Positions 58,774 to 64,000 of a stretch of DNA of 64,000 bases are shown here, piece after piece (position 1 is the first letter of the stretch; the number at the start of each line of letters is the position of its first letter). The DNA lies in the NCBI GenBank assembly GCA_965217585.1, contig OZ244561.1, forward strand, positions 3,360,001 to 3,424,000, written 5' to 3'. The notes beneath the pieces are model-generated. The model made no database searches and was not told the DNA's origin. It saw only the letters and a list, made by a program, of their open reading frames with translations. The stretch is from Candidatus Latescibacterota bacterium. Lineage in GTDB: Bacteria; Latescibacterota; UBA2968; UBA8231. A program made the position numbers and the translations under genes.

Positions 58774-61461
58774 CTATCTCTTTTGGCTTTGGGCGCGAGC
58801 TTGGCGAATCCAGCGGTGGGCATTGGGATGGTCGGGGACTTGCAGCAGCAGTTGTTCCCATGTCGCAATGGCCTCGCGCAAGCGCCCTCGCGCCGCATAG
58901 GCATATCCCAAGTCTTGGTAGGCTTCCACCAAATCTGGCTGCACCCGGCACGCTTGTTCATACGACAATATAGCTCGATCCGGCTGCCCCATGCGAAAGA
59001 GCACCGTGCCCATGCCCAAATGCGCTAGGCCGTGCTGCGGGTTCAATTCGACGGCCCGCTGAAAAGACGCCAGTGCCTCTGCGAGACGCCCCTGCCGGCC
59101 GTACGCAGTGCCCAACTCGCCGTGTGTCGAGGCGTCTTGCGGCATTACTGCGAGCCGCTGTTGAAGATTTTTGACCTTCTTGTGCAGGGGAAAGAACCGC
59201 TCGAAAAGCCGCTGCTCTTTTTGCGCGTCTGCCGCACGCCCCAGCTTGTTGTACACACGGACCAGTTGCAGGTGAGGGTTGGGTTCCCAAGGAGCTTGCT
59301 CTGCGGCCTGCGCAAAGGCGGCGGCCGCGGCTCGCAAGCTATCGGCCCGCATGTTCGCCAGCCCCAACCAAGTGTGGTACTCCCAAGACGAGGGCACCAA
59401 GGCAACCGCCTGTTCAAACGACTGAATGGCTTCGGCGAGGCGGTTCAGGCCGAGATACGCCCGACCTAGGTAGAAGTGAGAATCGACGGAGGTGGGATAG
59501 TCACGCACGGCGTCTTTTAGCACCTGAGCACCCTCTTCGTAATGCCCTAGGCCGGTGACGAGCAACAGCCCCAAATGGAATCGCAGGGGTAGCGAATCCG
59601 GCGTCTGCCGCAGCCCCTGTTCGAGCACGGCTCGCACCTCGCCGTAGCGCGCCGCAGCGAACAGGGCCTTACTGGTCTTGAGGTAATCGTCGGCCTCCCA
59701 GTGCGGCTCGCCGACCGCAGGTAAGGGCTCGGTGGTTGGCTGTCCTTGGACCGCGGCTGGCGGTTCTGTTAAAACCTCCTCTTCGCGCTCCTGCGCATCG
59801 CTTGGTGAATCAACTACGACTTCGCCGCGTCCCTCGTGAATTTCTAGGTAGCGACGCAAGGGTGGCGACTTCAACACCTGCCGTCGGCCGGCCGGCCAGC
59901 GAATCTCCACCTCGTCGATCTGCTCGTGCGCTCCCAAGCCGATCAGCAGCCGTCGGTCGTGCCCGGCTTGAAAGCCATAACCGCGATGCACCTCGCGCAC
60001 GAGGTCTAAGCCAGCGGCCCGCACGCGCACTTGGGCACCAATCGCATCCCGATTGCTCTCGGAGCCGATTAGCTTTAGGCCCAGCCAATTGTTGCGGTTG
60101 CCCCCGTCGTTGCGCAGCAGGGTTGGGGTGTCGTTGAGATTGACGATTAACAGATCGACATCCCCATCGTTGTCCATATCCCCGAGGGAGGCGGCCCGGC
60201 TGACCTTTGCAACGGCCCACCCCGCCCCCATTTGGTCCCCGACTTCGACAAAGCGCCCTCCGCGATTTTGGTACAGCAAGTTGCGCTGGGCGTAGCGCAG
60301 GCCGGAAGCATAGCTGTTTAACTGGGGATAGAGGTGCCCATTGGCCACGAACAGATCCAGCCAGCCGTCGTTGTCAAAGTCGAAAAACCCCGTGCCCCAT
60401 CCCAAGTAGGGCAGCGCGATTCCTCCGAGGCCGGCTTCGTACGTGGCGTCGATAAAGCGCAAGTCGCCCTCGTTGCGGTAGAGCGTGTTGACATCGTTGG
60501 AAAAGTTGGTCACGAACAGGTCGAGCCGCCCGTCGCGGTCATAGTCGCCGCTGTGTACCCCCATGCCAGCTTGGTCTTTGCCATAGCCGCTAAAGGCCAC
60601 GCCCGCTTCGATGCCAACTTCGGTTAGCTGCCAAGGGCCGTCGTTGCGCAGCAGCAGGTTGGGCGCGGTGTCATTGGCCACGTAGATATCGAGATCGCCG
60701 TCCGCATCGAGATCGCCGAAAACCACGCCGAGGCCCGGATAGGCGTATTGGTCCAGCCCGGTGGTCGCGCTTTTGTCGATAAAGCGGCCCGCGCCGGCAT
60801 TGGCGTACACTCGGTCGGGCTGACGGGTGAAGCCGCCGGGGCCGCAAAATACGTCCAGCCCTTTATAGGGACATTTGGCGTCTATACTTGGGGGATTTTC
60901 CACGTCGAAGGCCACGTAGTTGGCAACGTATAGGTCCAAGAGGCCATCGCCGTCCAGATCGCCAAAGGCCGCGCTGGTGCCCCAACTTTCGTCCGCCACG
61001 CCAGCCGCTTGTGCCCCTGCGGGGAAAGCCTGCCCATCGTTGCGGTAGAGCCGGTTGGGGCCTAAATAGGTCGCGTACACATCGGGATCGCCGTCGTTGT
61101 CAAAATCGCCCACGGCACAGCCCATGCCCCAACCGCTCGGCCCCAAATCCACCTGTACCTCGCGAAAGCTCCCGCCTTCGTTGCGGAAAAGTCGGTTCCG
61201 CGCTGCAGCCGATGGCTGCTCCAGCCGGGTTCCATTGACGAAGAAGAGGTCCAGATACCCGTCGCCATCGTAATCGAGAAATGCGCTGCCAGCCGACGCG
61301 GACTCGGCGATATAGTGTTGATCGGTGCTGCCGGAGACGTTGGTGAACTGTAAGCCGGTTTGTGCGCCGACCTCGACGAATTGTGGGAGCGGACTTTGAG
61401 GGGGGGAGTTGCATCCCAAAAGCGAGATCAATGCGGCGCTGGCTACGTTTAGGTGGTACAT
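58774..61461 (-). CDS. CRTAC1-like FG-GAP/ASPIC-UnbV lipoprotein with C-terminal TPR repeats
   Basis: LLGC lipobox; FG-GAP repeats; NRDAIGAQV...GFQAG..LLIGLG...IRWP (ASPIC); TPR tail. Confidence 0.9.
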   Translation of the reverse strand: MYHLNVASAALISLLGCNSPPQSPLPQFVEVGAQTGLQFTNVSGSTDQHYIAESASAGSAFLDYDGDGYLDLFFVNGTRLEQPSAAARNRLFRNEGGSFREVQVDLGPSGWGMGCAVGDFDNDGDPDVYATYLGPNRLYRNDGQAFPAGAQAAGVADESWGTSAAFGDLDGDGLLDLYVANYVAFDVENPPSIDAKCPYKGLDVFCGPGGFTRQPDRVYANAGAGRFIDKSATTGLDQYAYPGLGVVFGDLDADGDLDIYVANDTAPNLLLRNDGPWQLTEVGIEAGVAFSGYGKDQAGMGVHSGDYDRDGRLDLFVTNFSNDVNTLYRNEGDLRFIDATYEAGLGGIALPYLGWGTGFFDFDNDGWLDLFVANGHLYPQLNSYASGLRYAQRNLLYQNRGGRFVEVGDQMGAGWAVAKVSRAASLGDMDNDGDVDLLIVNLNDTPTLLRNDGGNRNNWLGLKLIGSESNRDAIGAQVRVRAAGLDLVREVHRGYGFQAGHDRRLLIGLGAHEQIDEVEIRWPAGRRQVLKSPPLRRYLEIHEGRGEVVVDSPSDAQEREEEVLTEPPAAVQGQPTTEPLPAVGEPHWEADDYLKTSKALFAAARYGEVRAVLEQGLRQTPDSLPLRFHLGLLLVTGLGHYEEGAQVLKDAVRDYPTSVDSHFYLGRAYLGLNRLAEAIQSFEQAVALVPSSWEYHTWLGLANMRADSLRAAAAAFAQAAEQAPWEPNPHLQLVRVYNKLGRAADAQKEQRLFERFFPLHKKVKNLQQRLAVMPQDASTHGELGTAYGRQGRLAEALASFQRAVELNPQHGLAHLGMGTVLFRMGQPDRAILSYEQACRVQPDLVEAYQDLGYAYAARGRLREAIATWEQLLLQVPDHPNAHRWIRQARAQSQKR

Positions 61462-61516
61462 TGTCTAGACTGTGATTATGGGATTTTTGGATTGCCTTGA
61501 TTAAGGGCGGCCGCTC

Positions 61517-63025
61517 GTGAAAAACTTTGTTCGATTGCTGCTTGTATTCGTCGTTGCTTGCGCTGGCGAGCAGGCGACCGAAACCCGCACCGAGCCTGTG
61601 TATCCCCCTGTGGTGCAGGCCTATTGCGGCATGTGCCACGCCACGCCTGCGCCGAGCGTGTTGACGCGCCGGGTGTGGCCCGAGAAGATGTCGCTGATGT
61701 TCGACTTGCTGTGGCAGCAGAGGAATATACGGCTATCCGCAGAGGAACGCCGGATATGCTTGGAGTTTTACGAGGAGAACGCGCCCGAAGCGTTTGCTGC
61801 CCTGCCCCCGGATACGAGCGATGTGGCGAAATTTTTCAGGAAAATTCCCCTGGGGCAGCCGGTGCAGGATTCCGCGTCGCGTCCCATGATTTGCAACGTC
61901 GCCGTCGGCGATTTAGACCAGGATCGCCAGCCCGACATTCTGGTCTGCGACGCCCAGTACGATGTCCTGTCGTGGATTCACCAGGAGGGCAATCGGGGCG
62001 TGGAAACGCCGCTCGCGGAATTGAAGGCACCGGCGCGGTCGGAAGTTTTCGACCTGGAGGGCGACGGCGACTTGGACATCGTCGTCGCGCTGTTGGGCCA
62101 ATTGATGCCCACGGACGAGCTACTCGGACAAGTGGTCCTGCTGGTCAACGACGGCCGCCAGTCCTTTACGCCTTTCGTGCTGGCAACGGGCGTTCCTCGG
62201 GTAGCGGACGTGCGACCCGCAGACTTGGACGGCGACGGCGACTGGGACTTTGCGCTCGCCATGTTCGGCTGGCGTCGCACGGGCGAAGTCGCGTGGCTAG
62301 AATACAAATCCGGCGATCAATACAACGAGCTTCACACCTTGTCGAGCAAAAGCGGCTGTACGCACGTGCCCATCGGCGATCTCAATGGCGACGACCAGCC
62401 CGACATCATCGCCCTGATCACCCAGGAATTTGAACAGATCGTCGCGTTTATCAACCAGGGCGGTGGCGCGTTTGCCGAGCACGTCTTGTTCGAAGCGCGC
62501 AACCCGGCGTTTGGTTCGTCGGGCATTGAGTTGGTCGATCTGGATCAGGACGCCGACCTCGACATTTTGTTTACCAACGGCGATGGTTTCGACGGCACGG
62601 ATGCCAAGCCGTATCACGGGGTGCAGTGGCTGGAGAACATGGGCGAGTTGCGCTTTGAGTACCGGGATCTCACCCGGTTCTACGGAGCGTACGCAGCCAA
62701 TGCCGGCGACCTCGACTTAGACGGCGACTTGGATATTGTCGTGGCCAGTTGCATCGCCGACCAATCGGCCCGTTGGGAAGACTTGCCCCGCCAGGGTTTG
62801 ATCTGGTTGGAAAACGACGGCCAGCAGCGCTTCACGCGCCATTCAATTACCAGCGATCCCGCTAATTTCGTGACCGCTGATCTTGGTGATTTAGATGGCG
62901 ATGGGCGGCTAGATATTATCACCGGGGGGATGCACATTTTTCCGCCGGTGCCGCCGCTGGACCACTTGGGACGGGTGAGTTTGTGGTTGAATCGCCTAGA
63001 CGTGGATGGGCAGGATGGGGGATAG
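61517..63025 (+). CDS. Cytochrome c-motif FG-GAP/VCBS lipoprotein (paralog 2)
   Basis: VVAC lipobox, YCGMCH and FG-GAP repeats; colinear with 34780-36381. Confidence 0.88.
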   Translation: MKNFVRLLLVFVVACAGEQATETRTEPVYPPVVQAYCGMCHATPAPSVLTRRVWPEKMSLMFDLLWQQRNIRLSAEERRICLEFYEENAPEAFAALPPDTSDVAKFFRKIPLGQPVQDSASRPMICNVAVGDLDQDRQPDILVCDAQYDVLSWIHQEGNRGVETPLAELKAPARSEVFDLEGDGDLDIVVALLGQLMPTDELLGQVVLLVNDGRQSFTPFVLATGVPRVADVRPADLDGDGDWDFALAMFGWRRTGEVAWLEYKSGDQYNELHTLSSKSGCTHVPIGDLNGDDQPDIIALITQEFEQIVAFINQGGGAFAEHVLFEARNPAFGSSGIELVDLDQDADLDILFTNGDGFDGTDAKPYHGVQWLENMGELRFEYRDLTRFYGAYAANAGDLDLDGDLDIVVASCIADQSARWEDLPRQGLIWLENDGQQRFTRHSITSDPANFVTADLGDLDGDGRLDIITGGMHIFPPVPPLDHLGRVSLWLNRLDVDGQDGG

Positions 63026-63041
63026 GGGAAACGGGATTAGG

Positions 63042-63085
63042 ACGCAAAAGGGACGGGCCAATCGACCCGTCCCCTTTTTTTGCGT
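63042..63085. terminator. Bidirectional intrinsic terminator
   Basis: ACGCAAAAGGGACGGG...CCCGTCCCCTTTTTTTGCGT between convergent genes. Confidence 0.8.
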
Positions 63086-63098
63086 ATTGCTGCGGAGC

Positions 63099-64000
63099 TT
63101 ATTCGCTGAAGTGGTTTTTGATGCGCGCCCAGGTGACGTGCTCGACAGCGGTCCCTACGTCGGTAAAGGAGTCTGGGTAGTTCTCTATGTCTGCGGTCAG
63201 CAGGCATAGGGCGTCGGCGGCTTGGTCCGCATCGACCATGCCGTTGACTTCGGGAACACCAGCTTGTCCCCAGAAATCCGACTCGCCGTGCGGGCCTTCG
63301 TCGCCTTCCTCAAACTGGACGACAATATGCAATACTTGGTCGGGGGCAAAGACGTGTTGGATGCTCGCTGCTTCCCCGGAGACATCGTATATGTCCCACA
63401 GTTTTGCCTTCAGCTCAAAGGTGTACTCCACATTGGGCGTGAGGTGCCCGGCATCCGCCGGCGCAACCGTGGTGCGATAGCGCATGTTGTGGGGCTGGAT
63501 GCTAAAGGGCTGGAAGTCGTCGTTCTCGCCCGGGCCAGCTAGACCACCGGCGTGGGGGCCGACTTCGTTGGTATGGAGCGGACTGAGATGATAGCGATAT
63601 CCGTTGGAGATTTCGTTGATGTCCTCATTGCCCGTAACAGGCCCGCCGCCGTGATCGGCGTCGAACAGGAGGTTGAGGTTGTCGTCGTCCCACCAGTTGG
63701 CCTTTTCGTTCCCCCACCCGGCGCGGAGGGTATCGTCCTTTACGCGGGCGAAGAAATAGAAGGCGTTGTCCGGGGGCGGACTCCAAGCCATAAACCACGC
63801 CATACTGAAATCGTCTGGTGCCGGATTGACCCCTTGGCCTTTCTTCTGGCCCAGAATGGAGATGATGTCGGTATTGGCGAAATCGCGGTCATACCAATCC
63901 CAATCGTCTTCCATGCCGTCTATGTTGATGGCGAGCGGGTCGGGAACGGTGGGCAAGAAGTTGGTCAGGCCGTTGTGGCCAAAGGCAGTGCCGGTAAAGG
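63099..64000 (-). CDS. Secreted CBM9/DOMON-like protein with C-terminal AVEHVTWARIK motif (paralog 3); 5' end outside window
   Basis: Frame is open to the window edge (..TAFGHNGLTNFLPTVPDP); IDGMEDDW, YFFARVKDD and WWDDD. Confidence 0.72.
   Translation of the reverse strand, partial: FTGTAFGHNGLTNFLPTVPDPLAINIDGMEDDWDWYDRDFANTDIISILGQKKGQGVNPAPDDFSMAWFMAWSPPPDNAFYFFARVKDDTLRAGWGNEKANWWDDDNLNLLFDADHGGGPVTGNEDINEISNGYRYHLSPLHTNEVGPHAGGLAGPGENDDFQPFSIQPHNMRYRTTVAPADAGHLTPNVEYTFELKAKLWDIYDVSGEAASIQHVFAPDQVLHIVVQFEEGDEGPHGESDFWGQAGVPEVNGMVDADQAADALCLLTADIENYPDSFTDVGTAVEHVTWARIKNHFSE

Noticed and set aside
58731-58961. Possible frameshifted tail of the ASPIC-TPR gene
   Set aside because: The main frame ends with a complete TPR and stop at 58774; the 76-aa ORF has no recognisable features.

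Overview
GC-rich bacterial chromosome window. Gene content (four PhyH dioxygenases, FG-GAP/ASPIC and TPR lipoproteins, FlgD-Ig-tailed secreted proteins, a C-terminal AVExxTWGRIK motif) suggests a Latescibacterota/Poribacteria-like FCB-related lineage; this is inference only. Three zones. (1) 1-13.9 kb is a decaying defence/conflict hotspot: the tail of a Cre-like tyrosine recombinase, Fic, an HD-Hsp90-like ATPase fusion, TA remnants, an orphan HEPN, ISAs1, a membrane protein plus nuclease pair, and a four-gene NTase/HTH-ImmA/beta/sce7726 module. (2) 13.9-32 kb holds mostly metabolic genes, plus mrr followed by an AT-rich insert with a frameshifted DNA methyltransferase and IS630. (3) 32-64 kb is a paralog-rich cell-envelope cluster. 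Two signals are not explained by the gene list. First, at three unrelated loci, integrase-free cargo sits between a gene and a direct copy of that gene's own 3' end including the stop codon. Second, the same CCCCGCGTACGCGGGG palindrome appears as an apparent insertion inside two unrelated ORFs. No rRNA, tRNA or CRISPR array was recognised. Family names are from motif recognition by eye; no database search was run.
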